Shown in pieces: positions 1 to 11,447 of a stretch of 64,000 bases of DNA. The notes beneath the pieces are model-generated. The model was not told where the DNA came from, did not search any database, and saw nothing but the letters and a program-made list of their open reading frames with translations. Position 1 is the stretch's first letter. Every line of letters begins with the position of its first letter. The stretch is from an uncultured Peptoniphilus sp. Its GTDB lineage: Bacteria > Bacillota > Clostridia > Tissierellales > Peptoniphilaceae. The stretch spans positions 9,032 to 73,031 of the forward strand of contig CABTZF010000001.1 of the NCBI GenBank assembly GCA_902489255.1. The letters run 5' to 3'. The position numbers and the translations under genes were made by a program.

Positions 1-15
1 AAGTGGGGATTGTAT

Positions 16-705
16 ATGTATATAGCCAAGACTAAAGTTACCAGAACTCTCATAATAATAAATGCAATTATATTTATTTTTATGACCTTAGCAGGAGGTA
101 GCCAAGATATAAGTACTTTAATTAAATTTAACGCTATGAATAAAATTTTAGTAGCCAATGGTCAGTGGTGGAGATTATTTTGTTCCATGTTTATCCATAT
201 AGGAATCTTACATTTATTAATGAATATGTATTTTCTAAATATAGTTGGCGAGACTTTTGAAATGCTTTATGGGTCAAAAAACTTTTTGCTAATATATTTG
301 GCATGTGGATTAATGGGAAATCTTATTACTTATGCTTTTGGTTCCGCATATACAGTAAGTGCCGGTGCTTCAACATCTCTTTACGGTTTATTCGGCTTAG
401 CATTGGGAATAATTATAAATTATGAGAATGATACCGTTCTAAAATCTTTTGGAAAAAGTTTTATCACTATAATATTGATAAACATAATTTATTCATTTAT
501 AAATCCGAGCATAGGAGTTTTAGGACATTTGGGCGGTCTTTTGGGAGGATTTTTATTTAGTGGAATAATACCTGTTAAAAACAGAACAATATCTAAACAA
601 AGAAAAATTATAAGCTTAATTATTTTTTTACTGATTTGTGTCTTAGCTTATAAATATGGAACATGGACTGTTATAAAAGAAACGTCTCCCTATTTACGGG
701 GATAA
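16..705 (+). CDS. rhomboid family intramembrane serine protease
   Basis: ORF 10..705; the ATG at 16 follows a GGGG run at 5-8. Polytopic membrane protein with GASTSLYGLFG (GxSx catalytic Ser) and GHLGGLLGG (catalytic His) motifs typical of rhomboids. Confidence 0.8.
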   Translation: MYIAKTKVTRTLIIINAIIFIFMTLAGGSQDISTLIKFNAMNKILVANGQWWRLFCSMFIHIGILHLLMNMYFLNIVGETFEMLYGSKNFLLIYLACGLMGNLITYAFGSAYTVSAGASTSLYGLFGLALGIIINYENDTVLKSFGKSFITIILINIIYSFINPSIGVLGHLGGLLGGFLFSGIIPVKNRTISKQRKIISLIIFLLICVLAYKYGTWTVIKETSPYLRG

Positions 706-764
706 AAAGTAATTTATTTGATTAATAATTTGCACTTAGGCTAGCCAATTTAAGGCACTTATAT

Positions 765-793
765 TTGACAAATGTCACTAATAATCATATACT
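765..793 (+). promoter_or_regulatory. sigma-70 type promoter upstream of asnS-leuS
   Basis: TTGACA (765-770), 17-nt spacer, TATACT (788-793), about 30 nt before the asnS start. Confidence 0.55.
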
Positions 794-823
794 AAAATAT
801 TATAAGAAGATTTTGGAGGGACT

Positions 824-2209
824 ATGATTAGTATTAGAGAATTATTTAATAAAAGTGAGGATTATATAAATAAAAATATTGAAATTTGTGGATGGATTAA
901 AACTAATAGGTCATCTAAGAATTTTGGATTTATTGAAATTTCAGACGGAAGTATTTTTAATTCATTACAAGTTGTTTATGGAAAGGAGCTTGAAAATTTT
1001 TCTGAAGTTGAAAAATATACCCTAAGCTCTTCTCTTTTAGTTAAGGGGAAATTAGTTGAATCACCGGGAGCTAATCAATCTTTTGAAGTGCAAGCAGAAG
1101 AAATTAATTTATTAGGATCTTCTGAAAACACTTATCCCCTTCAAAAGAAAAGGCATACTATGGAATATTTAAGATCTGTAAGCCATTTACGTCCACGAAC
1201 AAATACCTTTAATGCAGTTTTCAGAGTTAGATCTTTAATTGCTTATGCCATTCACAAATTTTTCCAAGACAGGGGTTTTGTTTATTTTCATGCACCAATA
1301 ATTACGGCTTCTGATGCCGAAGGTGCAGGAGAAATGTTCCAAGTTACAACACTTCCTCTTGATAATATTCCAAAAGATGAGGATGGAAAGGTATGTTATA
1401 ATGAAGACTTTTTTGGAAAAGAAACCAACTTAACTGTTTCCGGTCAATTAGAAGATGAAGCATTTGCTCTTGCTTTTGGAAATGTTTATACATTCGGGCC
1501 AACATTCAGGGCGGAAAATTCAAATACCCCAAGACATGCAGCGGAGTTTTGGATGATTGAACCGGAAATGGCCTTTGCAGACTTGAATGTTAATATGGAT
1601 GTTGCTGAAGCAATGCTTAAATATATTATTAATTATGTATTGGAAAATGCTAAAGAAGAAATGAAGTTTTTTAATAGATTTATTGACAAGGGACTTTTAG
1701 ATAGGTTAGATAATGTTGTAAACAATGAATTTGCAAGAATAACTTACACAGAAGCTATTGACATACTTAAAAAATCCGATAAAGAATTTAAGTATCCTGT
1801 TGAATGGGGTATAGACTTACAAACTGAACACGAGAGATATATAACGGAAGAGGTTTATAAAAAACCCGTATTTGTAACAAATTATCCCAAGGAAATAAAA
1901 GCATTTTACATGACTGAAAATGATGATAAAAAAACAGTTGCAGCAATGGATCTTTTAGTTCCCGGAGTTGGGGAAATAATTGGCGGATCTCAAAGAGAAC
2001 ATAGACTTGATATCCTGGAAAAGAAAATGATTGATTTAGGAATGAATATGGAAGAGTATGACTGGTATCTTGATTTGAGAAGATACGGAACATGTATACA
2101 TTCAGGATATGGCTTGGGATTTGAAAGAGCTGTAATGTATATTACAGGAATGAAAAATATAAGAGATGTTATACCTTTCCCAAGAACAGTGGGAAATGCA
2201 AATTACTAA
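824..2209 (+). CDS. asnS: asparagine--tRNA ligase
   Basis: 461 aa class II aa[27 protein letters not shown] is the AsnRS signature region; [10 protein letters not shown] is motif 3. GGAGG SD upstream. Confidence 0.93.
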   Translation: MISIRELFNKSEDYINKNIEICGWIKTNRSSKNFGFIEISDGSIFNSLQVVYGKELENFSEVEKYTLSSSLLVKGKLVESPGANQSFEVQAEEINLLGSSENTYPLQKKRHTMEYLRSVSHLRPRTNTFNAVFRVRSLIAYAIHKFFQDRGFVYFHAPIITASDAEGAGEMFQVTTLPLDNIPKDEDGKVCYNEDFFGKETNLTVSGQLEDEAFALAFGNVYTFGPTFRAENSNTPRHAAEFWMIEPEMAFADLNVNMDVAEAMLKYIINYVLENAKEEMKFFNRFIDKGLLDRLDNVVNNEFARITYTEAIDILKKSDKEFKYPVEWGIDLQTEHERYITEEVYKKPVFVTNYPKEIKAFYMTENDDKKTVAAMDLLVPGVGEIIGGSQREHRLDILEKKMIDLGMNMEEYDWYLDLRRYGTCIHSGYGLGFERAVMYITGMKNIRDVIPFPRTVGNANY

Positions 2210-2218
2210 GGAGAAATT

Positions 2219-4630
2219 ATGAGAGAATATAAACCGGGAGTTATTGAAAAAAAATGGCAGGATTATTGGGATGAGCATCAAATATATAAGGCTGAAAATA
2301 ATGATGATAAGGAAAAAATTTATCTTTTAGTAGAATTCCCTTATCCTTCCGGTCAAGGACTTCATGTGGGTCATCCCAGACCTTATACTGCACTTGATAT
2401 TGTAGCTAGGAAAAGACGTTATGAAGGATATAATGTTTTATTTCCTATGGGATGGGACGCCTTTGGTTTACCAGCAGAAAATTTTGCCATAAAGAATAAA
2501 ATTCATCCTGCAATTGTTACAAAACAGAATATAAAACATTTTAAAGCCCAATTAAAATCAATAGGATTTTCTTTTGATTGGTCAAGGGAAATTAACACAA
2601 CTGATCCTGAATACTATAAATGGACTCAATGGATATTTTTACAATTATTTAAACATGGCTTAGCATATAAAAAGGAAAGTCCTATTAATTGGTGTCCTTC
2701 ATGTAAGACAGGTTTAGCTAATGAAGAAGTAGTTGGGGGCAAATGCGAGAGATGTGGCAGTACAGTTGTACGTCGAGTAAAAAGTCAATGGATGTTAAAA
2801 ATTACTGAATACGCTGACAGACTTATAGATGACCTTAAAGATCTGGATTTTATTGAAAGAGTAAAAGTACAACAAAAAAATTGGATTGGAAGAAGCGAAG
2901 GTTCAAGTGTACTTTTTCCAATAAAAAATACCGATGAAAAATTAGAAGTTTTCACAACTAGGCCGGACACAATTTTTGGCGCTACTTATTTGGTAATAGC
3001 ACCTGAACATCCACTCATTGAAAAATATAAAGATAAAATTACAAATTTAGATGAAATAAATTCATATAGGGAAAAAGTCTCTTTGAAATCTGATTTTGAA
3101 AGAACTGAACTTGTAAAAGAAAAAACCGGTATAGAAATAAAGGGTTTGAGAGGAATAAATCCAATCACCAAAAAAGAAATTCCTCTTTGGATTTCAGATT
3201 ATGTGCTCATGGGATATGGCACGGGTGCTATAATGGCAGTGCCTGCTCATGATACAAGAGATTATGATTTTGCTAAAAAATTTGGACTTGAAATAGTTGA
3301 AGTTATTGAAGGTGGTGTTATCGACAAGGAAGCTTATACCGACACATCTCATGGTAAAATGATAAATTCAGGATTTTTAAATGGTTTAGAAGTAAAAGAT
3401 GCCATAAAAAAAATGATTGATTACCTTGTAGAAAATAATTTAGGTGAGAAAAAAATTAATTATAAGCTTAGGGACTGGGTGTTTTCAAGACAAAGGTATT
3501 GGGGAGAACCTATACCGATAGTCCACTGCGAAAAATGTGGATATGTTCCAATACCTGAAGAAGAGTTGCCGTTACTGCTTCCTGAAGTAGAAAACTATGA
3601 ACCGTCAGATGATGGTGAATCGCCGCTTGCAAATATTGAAGAATTTGTACAAACCAAATGTCCAAAATGTGGAGGTCCTGCACAAAGAGAAACTGATACT
3701 ATGCCACAATGGGCAGGTTCTTCTTGGTACTTTTTAAGATACACAGATCCTCATAATAAAAATGAGATAGCTTCAAAAGAGGCTTTGGATTATTGGACTC
3801 CGGTAGATTGGTATAATGGTGGTATGGAACACACAACCTTACATCTTCTTTACTCAAGATTTTGGCATAAATTTTTATATGACATAGGGGTTGTTCCGAC
3901 AAAAGAACCATATCTTAAGAGAACTTCTCATGGTATGATTTTGGGTGAAAATAATGAAAAAATGAGTAAATCTCGTGGGAATGTAATAAATCCCGATGAT
4001 ATAGTTAGAGATTACGGTGCAGATACTTTAAGAACTTATGAAATGTTTATTGGCGATTTTGAAAAGCCTGTACCCTGGATGGAAACAGGGGTCAAAGGTT
4101 GTAGAAGGTTTTTAGAAAGAGTTTGGAATTTGTCTGAAATTTTGGTTGATGGAGATAAGTATTCTGAAAAGCTTGAAAAATCTATACACAAAACAATAAA
4201 AAAAGTTTCTTTTGATTATGAAAACTTAAAAGCAAATACAGCTATAGCTGCATTAATGAGTTTATTAAATGAATTTGTAGCAAATAAAAAAATTACCAAG
4301 GCTGATTTTAGAACATTTTTAATGCTGTTAAATCCTGTAGCTCCGCATATAACTGAAGAACTTTGGTATGTTAATGATCTTGGCGGCTACTTGCACGAAC
4401 AATCATGGCCTATATATGAAGAAGCAAAGACTATAGATGAAGTTGTTGAAATTCCTGTTCAGTTTAATGGTAAAGTAAGATTTACAATTCAACTTCCTAA
4501 GAGTGCAGTTTTAGATGAAGCTAGAGCTATAGCTTCACAAAACGATGCCTATAGTAAAAATATTGAAAATAAGAAGATAGTTAAAGAAATATTTATACCG
4601 GGAAAGATTTATAACATTGTTGTTAAATAG
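2219..4630 (+). CDS. leuS: leucine--tRNA ligase
   Basis: 803 aa class I aaRS with HVGH (HIGH) and KMSKS signatures and an editing-domain insertion. Starts 9 nt after the asnS stop. Confidence 0.95.
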   Translation: MREYKPGVIEKKWQDYWDEHQIYKAENNDDKEKIYLLVEFPYPSGQGLHVGHPRPYTALDIVARKRRYEGYNVLFPMGWDAFGLPAENFAIKNKIHPAIVTKQNIKHFKAQLKSIGFSFDWSREINTTDPEYYKWTQWIFLQLFKHGLAYKKESPINWCPSCKTGLANEEVVGGKCERCGSTVVRRVKSQWMLKITEYADRLIDDLKDLDFIERVKVQQKNWIGRSEGSSVLFPIKNTDEKLEVFTTRPDTIFGATYLVIAPEHPLIEKYKDKITNLDEINSYREKVSLKSDFERTELVKEKTGIEIKGLRGINPITKKEIPLWISDYVLMGYGTGAIMAVPAHDTRDYDFAKKFGLEIVEVIEGGVIDKEAYTDTSHGKMINSGFLNGLEVKDAIKKMIDYLVENNLGEKKINYKLRDWVFSRQRYWGEPIPIVHCEKCGYVPIPEEELPLLLPEVENYEPSDDGESPLANIEEFVQTKCPKCGGPAQRETDTMPQWAGSSWYFLRYTDPHNKNEIASKEALDYWTPVDWYNGGMEHTTLHLLYSRFWHKFLYDIGVVPTKEPYLKRTSHGMILGENNEKMSKSRGNVINPDDIVRDYGADTLRTYEMFIGDFEKPVPWMETGVKGCRRFLERVWNLSEILVDGDKYSEKLEKSIHKTIKKVSFDYENLKANTAIAALMSLLNEFVANKKITKADFRTFLMLLNPVAPHITEELWYVNDLGGYLHEQSWPIYEEAKTIDEVVEIPVQFNGKVRFTIQLPKSAVLDEARAIASQNDAYSKNIENKKIVKEIFIPGKIYNIVVK

Positions 4631-4640
4631 CAGGTGTGAA

Positions 4641-5516
4641 ATGAATAGTATGACCGGATATGGATTTGGTGAATTGCAAAGCCAAAACTATTTAATAAGA
4701 TTTGATATAAAATCGGTTAATAATAGGTATTGTGATATTAATGTAAGATTACCGGGTTCACTTTTTTCATATGAGGATAAAATAAAAAGACGTATTAAAG
4801 ATTTTGTTGCCAGAGGAAAAGTTGATGTATATCTTAAGTTAACTGAATTAAGCGATAAATCCGCTACTCTTTCAACTGATATTTCAATGGCAAACTATTA
4901 TTTTGATGCCGGAAAGAAAATTTCAGCTTCTCTGAATATAGAAAACAATCTAACAACTAAAGATATTATAAATATGCCCGGAGTTTTAGTTGAGCAGGAT
5001 GTAAATTTACTTGATCAGGAAATGGAAAGTTTACTTATGAAAAGTTTAGACGAGGCTCTTAAAGTTTTTATTCAATCCAGATTAATTGAAGGTAAAGCTA
5101 TTTATGAAGATTTTTTAGAAAAAATAGAAAATATAAATCAATTTATTGGGAGAATAGAAAAATTATCACCAATTTCTTTGAAAGAAAATGAAGAAAAATT
5201 GAAAGAACGGATAAGGACGCATTTAGATGAAAGTGAAATTGATAAGCAAAGACTTGCCACAGAATGTTTTTTACTTATTGATAAGCTTTCAATAGATGAA
5301 GAAATAACAAGGCTAAAAATTCATATGGAAAGCTTAAAAAATATCATTAATTCAAATGATAGCATTGGACGAAAAATTGACTTCTTGCTCCAGGAAATAA
5401 ACAGAGAAATTAATACAATCGGATCAAAAGCAAACAATATTGAAATTTTAAATAATGTTGTGCTTTTAAAATCGGAAGTAGAAAGAATTAGGGAACAAGT
5501 ACAAAATATAGAATAA
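4641..5516 (+). CDS. yicC: YicC/YloC family endoribonuclease-like stress protein
   Basis: ORF 4617..5516. The internal ATG at 4641 gives the family-typical N-terminus MNSMTGYG. C-terminal EINREINTIGSKAN motif. Confidence 0.8.
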   Translation: MNSMTGYGFGELQSQNYLIRFDIKSVNNRYCDINVRLPGSLFSYEDKIKRRIKDFVARGKVDVYLKLTELSDKSATLSTDISMANYYFDAGKKISASLNIENNLTTKDIINMPGVLVEQDVNLLDQEMESLLMKSLDEALKVFIQSRLIEGKAIYEDFLEKIENINQFIGRIEKLSPISLKENEEKLKERIRTHLDESEIDKQRLATECFLLIDKLSIDEEITRLKIHMESLKNIINSNDSIGRKIDFLLQEINREINTIGSKANNIEILNNVVLLKSEVERIREQVQNIE

Positions 5517-5528
5517 TAGAGGTGTAAA

Positions 5529-6143
5529 TTGAGCGGAGGATTTTTATTAGTATTATCAGGCCCTTCCGGAAGTGGAAAAGGAACTGTCAGTCAAGCTATA
5601 TTGAAAAAAAATAAGGAAATAGTATTTTCAACTTCCGTAACTACAAGGACTCCAAGACCCGGGGAAGTTAATGGAGAAAATTATTTTTTTGTAAGTAAAA
5701 ATAAATTTGAGACTATGGTAGAAAACGATGAGCTTCTGGAACATGCTTTTGTTCATACTAACTATTATGGAACACCTAAAAAGTTTGTTTTTGACGAAAT
5801 AGAAAACGGAGAAATAGTACTCTTAGAAATTGATGTTCAAGGTGCCTTACAGATTAAAAAGAAATATAAAGAGGCTGTTTTTATATTTTTAATACCGCCA
5901 ACAATGGAAGAATTAAAAAATAGATTGATAAAGAGAGATACTGAATCAGAGGATGAAATTAATACCAGATTTAAAAACGCTTTTAGAGAATTGGATTTTG
6001 TCGGTGAATATGATTATTTTGTAGTAAACGATCAAGTATCTCAGGCAGTTATAGATATAGAAAATATTATCGCTGCTGAAAAATTAAGAGTAAAAAGGCA
6101 TAAAGATATTAAAAGTGAAGTTTTAAAGGAAAAGAGGATATAA
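5529..6143 (+). CDS. gmk: guanylate kinase
   Basis: GPSGSGKGT P-loop and TTRTPRPGEVNGENYFF signature. TTG start after a GAGGTG SD. Confidence 0.92.
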   Translation: MSGGFLLVLSGPSGSGKGTVSQAILKKNKEIVFSTSVTTRTPRPGEVNGENYFFVSKNKFETMVENDELLEHAFVHTNYYGTPKKFVFDEIENGEIVLLEIDVQGALQIKKKYKEAVFIFLIPPTMEELKNRLIKRDTESEDEINTRFKNAFRELDFVGEYDYFVVNDQVSQAVIDIENIIAAEKLRVKRHKDIKSEVLKEKRI

Positions 6144-6145
6144 AG

Positions 6146-6442
6146 TTGAACATACCTTCATTTAAAGAATTAATTGAAAAATCAGACTCAAGATACGAAC
6201 TATGCATGTTGGTATCAAAAAGATCAAGAAAATTGGTTGATGGGCAAAAACCTTTAATTGAAACAAAAATGAAAAAGCCTGTTTCCATAGCTATTGAAGA
6301 AGTTATGGAAGGTAAAATTATTTTTGGCCCTGAAATGAGTGACAAAGCTTATGAAGAAAAAATTGCAAAAGAAAAATTAGAGTTAGAAGAAAAATTAAAA
6401 AGTGAATATATGGGTTTGCCTAAAACCAATGAAGATGAATAG
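6146..6442 (+). CDS. rpoZ: DNA-directed RNA polymerase subunit omega
   Basis: 98 aa. N-terminal SRYELCMLVSKRSRKL omega motif and conserved gmk-rpoZ position. TTG start. Confidence 0.85.
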   Translation: MNIPSFKELIEKSDSRYELCMLVSKRSRKLVDGQKPLIETKMKKPVSIAIEEVMEGKIIFGPEMSDKAYEEKIAKEKLELEEKLKSEYMGLPKTNEDE

Positions 6443-6443
6443 T

Positions 6444-7640
6444 ATGCTTGAAAATAAAAAGATTCTTTTAGGTGTTACCGGTGGAATAGCCGCTTATAAA
6501 TCACCAATTATCTGTAGCCTTTTAAAAAAAATGGGAGCCGAAGTAAAGGTTATAATGACTGAGGCTGCACAAAAGTTCATCACTCCGCTGACCTTGCAAA
6601 CTATGTCTGGGAATATAGTTTATACTGAAATGTTTAACCAGTTAAATAATATAAATGTTGAACACATAAGTCTAGCAAAATGGGCTGATATTATTTTAAT
6701 TGCACCGGCTACCGCAAACATTATTGGTAAATTTGCTACAGGTATTTGTGATGATTTATTGTCAACTGTTTACATGGCTTCCAGATCTAAAGTTATGATT
6801 GCTCCGGCTATGAATACTTATATGTTAAATTCAGCAGCTAATCAAAATAATATAAAAATTTTAAGAGACAGAGGAGTTATTGTACTTGATACTGAAAAGG
6901 ATCTTCTAGCTTGCAATGATATAGGTCAAGGCAAGATGTTGTCACCGGAATTAATAGTAGATGAAATTGATAGCGTCTTAACTGAAAAGGATCTTTATGG
7001 AAAAAAATTTGTCATTACGGCAGGACCGACAATTGAACCTATTGACCCTGTTAGATATTTAACTAATCATTCATCAGGTAAGATGGGCTATGCATTGGCA
7101 GAGCGTGCAAAAAAGAGAGGGGCGTTTGTTACACTTATCTCAGGACCCACTACAGTTAATCCTCCAAAAGTCGATAATTTTATTAGGATTAAATCAACCA
7201 CTGATATGTTTAATGAAGTAGGAAAATATTTTGATTCCTGCGATGTCTTAATTAAGGCGGCGGCTCCTGCTGACTATAAGCCTAAACATTACAGTAAAGA
7301 AAAAATAAAGAAAAATTCATCAGATGATCTTGATGTTATTGAACTTGAAAAAAATCCGGATATTGCCAAATTTTATGGAAATATAAAAAAGAATCAAATA
7401 ATAGTTGGATTTGCTGCGGAATCTACAAATATATATGAGTATGCTAAGTCGAAATTAAAATCCAAAAATTTTGATATGATTGTTGTTAATAATATAGTAA
7501 AAGAAGGTGCCGGCTTCGGAACGGATACAAATATTGCAAGCATTATAGATAAGGACGGGGAAACTATAGATTATGAAATAATGTCTAAGTATGCAATGGC
7601 TGATGTAATTCTTAATAGAGTAAAAAAATTGTTTAGCTAG
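6444..7640 (+). CDS. coaBC: bifunctional phosphopantothenoylcysteine decarboxylase / phosphopantothenate--cysteine ligase
   Basis: ORF 6402..7640. ATG 6444 preferred because it falls just after the rpoZ stop. N-terminal flavoprotein domain (GVTGGIAAYK) plus a C-terminal CoaB domain. Confidence 0.9.
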   Translation: MLENKKILLGVTGGIAAYKSPIICSLLKKMGAEVKVIMTEAAQKFITPLTLQTMSGNIVYTEMFNQLNNINVEHISLAKWADIILIAPATANIIGKFATGICDDLLSTVYMASRSKVMIAPAMNTYMLNSAANQNNIKILRDRGVIVLDTEKDLLACNDIGQGKMLSPELIVDEIDSVLTEKDLYGKKFVITAGPTIEPIDPVRYLTNHSSGKMGYALAERAKKRGAFVTLISGPTTVNPPKVDNFIRIKSTTDMFNEVGKYFDSCDVLIKAAAPADYKPKHYSKEKIKKNSSDDLDVIELEKNPDIAKFYGNIKKNQIIVGFAAESTNIYEYAKSKLKSKNFDMIVVNNIVKEGAGFGTDTNIASIIDKDGETIDYEIMSKYAMADVILNRVKKLFS

Positions 7641-7670
7641 GATTTCCTAGCTATTTTAGCGGGTGAAAAA

Positions 7671-10016
7671 ATGTACTGTGATGTTTTCATAGAAAATAAT
7701 TACAATAAAATAGACATCTTATACACTTATAAATTTAAAAAAGATTTATCCCTTGATGTTGGTATGAGAGTTGTAGTTTCTTTTGGAAAAAGTACAAGAG
7801 TGGGGATAGTGCTAAAAATTTATGATAAATATGAAGGACAATTTGAAGGTGAACTCAAAGAAATTATTGAAATACTGGATGCCAACCCCATAATCAATAC
7901 TGAATTAATTAATTTAGGCATATGGATGAAAAATAGGTATATACTGGGATATTCAAAAGCATTTGCTCCACTATTACCGCCAGGTGACTTAAAAAAAATA
8001 AAAAAATCCATTGAAGTTCTTGTATATCCAACCGGGAAGGACCTTGAAAATCTTAAAAAATTAAATATAAAAACCTTTTATGAAGATATGGATAAAAATT
8101 CCAGGATAATTGCCAACAACTTATATAAAAAAGGAATAATAAAATTTTCTTATGTTCCAATTACTTCTGTAAAAGCAAAAAGAGAAAAATATTTGAAAAT
8201 TTCTGATGATATAGACCTGAACTTATTATCATCTTTAACAAAAAGACAAGCTGAAGCTATTAACTTTATAAAAAAAGAGGGGGAAATATCAAAGAAAAAT
8301 CTTATGAAAGATTTGAAAATTACGTATTCCCCTATTAAGGCATTAATAGAAAAAGGTTTAGTAAAAGAATATGATAAGGAAGTAAGAATTAAAGAAGAAA
8401 TTATTAAAAGTAAATTTCCTGATATTAATTTAAACGAGGAACAAAATAGTGCTATTAATAATATTGAAAATACTATAAAGGAAGTCTCACTCTTATATGG
8501 TTTAACCGGCAGCGGGAAGACAGAAGTTTATTTGAATTTGGCAAAAAAGACATTGGATAGTGGGGGAGATGTTATTGTATTAGTTCCTGAAATTGGCTTA
8601 ACTCCTCAAATGATTGAAAGATTTAGAAATAAGTTTTCAGATAATATAGCAATTATTCATTCTAAACTGTTAAAAAGTCAAAGGTATGAAGAATATAGAA
8701 AAATATTAAATGGTGAAGTTCATATAGTTGTTGGAGTAAGAAGTGCTGTTTTTGTTCCATTTAATAATTGTAAATTAATTATTATTGATGAATTTCATGA
8801 TACTTCATATAAATTTCATGATGCATTAAAATACGATACTATTGAAGTAGCTATAAGAAGAATGGAAAATCATGGCAAGGTTTTGCTGGGATCAGCCACT
8901 CCTGATATATCATATTATTATAAAGCAATGCTTGGCGAATATAATCTTGTAACTCTCATGAACCGAGCTTTTAAAGGAGCGAGAATTCCACAAACTCAAA
9001 TAGTTGATATGAGGCAGGAACTCCTCATGGGCAATACTTCTATTTTTTCAAGAATACTAAGAGATAAAATTAAAGAAAAGTTGAACAAAAATGAGCAGAT
9101 AATTTTATTTTTAAATAGACGGGGATTTTCAAACTTTGTATCATGTAGATCTTGTGGCAGCGTTATTAAATGTGACAGTTGTGATATTTCTATGACTTAT
9201 CATAAGACAAATAATAGGCTGATTTGTCATTATTGCGGAGCAACAAAAATTTTACCGAAAGTTTGTCCTTCTTGTGGTTCTAAATACATTAAGCAATTTG
9301 GTTTAGGCACGCAAAGGGTGGAAGAAGAGGTTATAAAAAATTTTCCGAATGCCAGAGTTTTAAGAATGGATAAAGACACAACTAATAAAAGGGATTCTTA
9401 TGAATCTTATTATAAAATGATCAAAAATAAAGATGTAGATATTATTATCGGGACACAGATGATATCAAAAGGATTTGATTTTCCTGATGTTACTCTAGTA
9501 GGAGTAATAGCCTCCGACCTTTCCCTATACATTTCAAGTTATAGGGCAAGTGAAGAAACCTTTCAACTAATTACACAGGTTTCCGGTAGAGCCGGAAGAT
9601 CTTTTAAAAAAGGTGACGTTGTAATACAATCCTATAATCCTGGGCACTACGCTATTAGCCATGCAGCCAATAATTCCTATGAAAGTTTTTATAAAGAAGA
9701 ACTTGAAGAAAGAAGGACGTACCTTTATCCACCTTTTAATAAAATAATCTCCTTGGAATTTTCTTCCAAAGATGAAAACTTAGCCATAAAATGGGCAAAA
9801 GCTTTTATTTATAATATAGGTAAAAATGTGGGTGAAATTAATATTCAGTCTACAAAAATAATCAAACTTCCAAAAGTTAAAAATATATACAGATGTCGTT
9901 TCAGTTTAAAGGCAAGGCCGGAAGATGAAAAATTGTTAATAAAATTGATAAAAGGGGTATTAAATAAAAGTAATATTAATAGTAAAAGAGATATAAATAT
10001 AAATATAGAATTTTAG
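7671..10016 (+). CDS. priA: primosomal protein N-prime (replication restart helicase PriA)
   Basis: 781 aa. Walker A GLTGSGKTEVY, DEFH box (IIDEFHD), and paired CxxC zinc clusters (CRSCGS..CDSCD..CHYCG..CPSCGS). Confidence 0.93.
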   Translation: MYCDVFIENNYNKIDILYTYKFKKDLSLDVGMRVVVSFGKSTRVGIVLKIYDKYEGQFEGELKEIIEILDANPIINTELINLGIWMKNRYILGYSKAFAPLLPPGDLKKIKKSIEVLVYPTGKDLENLKKLNIKTFYEDMDKNSRIIANNLYKKGIIKFSYVPITSVKAKREKYLKISDDIDLNLLSSLTKRQAEAINFIKKEGEISKKNLMKDLKITYSPIKALIEKGLVKEYDKEVRIKEEIIKSKFPDINLNEEQNSAINNIENTIKEVSLLYGLTGSGKTEVYLNLAKKTLDSGGDVIVLVPEIGLTPQMIERFRNKFSDNIAIIHSKLLKSQRYEEYRKILNGEVHIVVGVRSAVFVPFNNCKLIIIDEFHDTSYKFHDALKYDTIEVAIRRMENHGKVLLGSATPDISYYYKAMLGEYNLVTLMNRAFKGARIPQTQIVDMRQELLMGNTSIFSRILRDKIKEKLNKNEQIILFLNRRGFSNFVSCRSCGSVIKCDSCDISMTYHKTNNRLICHYCGATKILPKVCPSCGSKYIKQFGLGTQRVEEEVIKNFPNARVLRMDKDTTNKRDSYESYYKMIKNKDVDIIIGTQMISKGFDFPDVTLVGVIASDLSLYISSYRASEETFQLITQVSGRAGRSFKKGDVVIQSYNPGHYAISHAANNSYESFYKEELEERRTYLYPPFNKIISLEFSSKDENLAIKWAKAFIYNIGKNVGEINIQSTKIIKLPKVKNIYRCRFSLKARPEDEKLLIKLIKGVLNKSNINSKRDININIEF

Positions 10017-10024
10017 GTGATGAT

Positions 10025-10525
10025 ATGGCAATAAGAAATATACGAACAGACACAGATCCTATAGTTAGAAAAAAATCAAAAACTATAGAAAAAATAAATG
10101 ATAGATTAAAACTTTTGATTGATGATATGTTTGAAACAATGGATTATGCCGAGGGAGTAGGTCTTGCTGCTCCACAAGTTGGTATTTTAAAAAGACTTAT
10201 AGTTATTGATGACCGAGATGAAGAAGATCAACATAGGCTTTTTATGATAAATCCTGTTATAACAAGGAAAGAAGGTTCGGAAATTTGTAGGGAAGCTTGT
10301 TTATCAGTCTTGGGTAAACAGGGAGATGTTGAGAGAGCCACAGATATTACCGTTACTTATAAAGATTTGGAAGGCAATGAAATAGAATTAAATGCTAAAG
10401 ATTTTTTAGCAAGAATAATACAACATGAAATAGATCATCTAGATGGTATTTTATATATTGATAGAGCTGTAAAAATGTTCAAAATTGTTCAAAAAGAAGA
10501 AGGTTTACAAGAGAGCGAAATATGA
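10025..10525 (+). CDS. def: peptide deformylase
   Basis: GVGLAAPQVG, EACLSV and HEIDHLDG motifs. Confidence 0.93.
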   Translation: MAIRNIRTDTDPIVRKKSKTIEKINDRLKLLIDDMFETMDYAEGVGLAAPQVGILKRLIVIDDRDEEDQHRLFMINPVITRKEGSEICREACLSVLGKQGDVERATDITVTYKDLEGNEIELNAKDFLARIIQHEIDHLDGILYIDRAVKMFKIVQKEEGLQESEI

Positions 10526-11445
10526 AAGTAGTTTTTATGGGGACACCGGCCTTTGCTATTCCAACTATGGAAAGATTAAATGATATAGCAGATTTATGTC
10601 TGGTGGTTACTCAAGAAGATAAGAAAAAAGGAAGAGGAAAGAAACTTCTCCCTTCTCCTGTAAAAAAAAGAGCACAAGAGTTAGGTTTGGAAATTTTTCA
10701 GCCTTGTGATATTAATTCCAAAGAATCAATAGAAAAAATTAAAAGTCAAGGTGCTGATTTATTTGTAGTTGCTGCTTACGGTCAAATTTTAAAAGAAGAA
10801 ATTCTAAAAATACCGAAATATTATCCGATTAATGTACATGCTTCTTTACTGCCTTTACTTAGAGGAGCCGCTCCTATTACCAGAGCTATTATACAAGGTT
10901 TTGAAGAAACCGGAGTCACAATAATGAGGATGGTAAAAGTACTTGACAAGGGAGATATGGCCTTGCAAAAAAAAGTTGAAATTTTAGATAAAAATTCTTT
11001 TATTTTAGAAAATGAATTGGCAAAGGTAGGAGCAGATCTAATAGAGGATTTTATAAATCTTTTAAAAGAAAACAGGGTAGTATTTACTCCCCAAGATGAT
11101 TCTATGGCAACTTATGCTTCAAAAATAACTAACGAAACCTTTAATATTGATTTCTCTAAACCAACAAGAGAAATCTTAAATTTGATTAGAGGTCTAGACC
11201 CTGAATATGGAGCTAGGACTATTTATAAGGATAACACTTTGAAAATCTTTAAGGCCCATCCTATTGATACAAAGTCTGAAGCGGATAACGGAACCATATT
11301 AGATGCAAATAAAAAATTAATCATCAAAACTTCAGATGGAGCAATTTCAGTTGATGAATTACAAATTCCTGGTAAAAAAAGGATGGATATAAAATCATTT
11401 CTACTAGGTCATAGTTTTGATGAACAAGTTAAATTAGGAGATTAA
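10522..11445 (+). CDS. fmt: methionyl-tRNA formyltransferase
   Basis: 307 aa with HASLLPLLRGAAPI formyltransferase signature. Start overlaps the def stop (ATGA). Confidence 0.92.
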   Translation: MKVVFMGTPAFAIPTMERLNDIADLCLVVTQEDKKKGRGKKLLPSPVKKRAQELGLEIFQPCDINSKESIEKIKSQGADLFVVAAYGQILKEEILKIPKYYPINVHASLLPLLRGAAPITRAIIQGFEETGVTIMRMVKVLDKGDMALQKKVEILDKNSFILENELAKVGADLIEDFINLLKENRVVFTPQDDSMATYASKITNETFNIDFSKPTREILNLIRGLDPEYGARTIYKDNTLKIFKAHPIDTKSEADNGTILDANKKLIIKTSDGAISVDELQIPGKKRMDIKSFLLGHSFDEQVKLGD

Positions 11446-11447
11446 AT

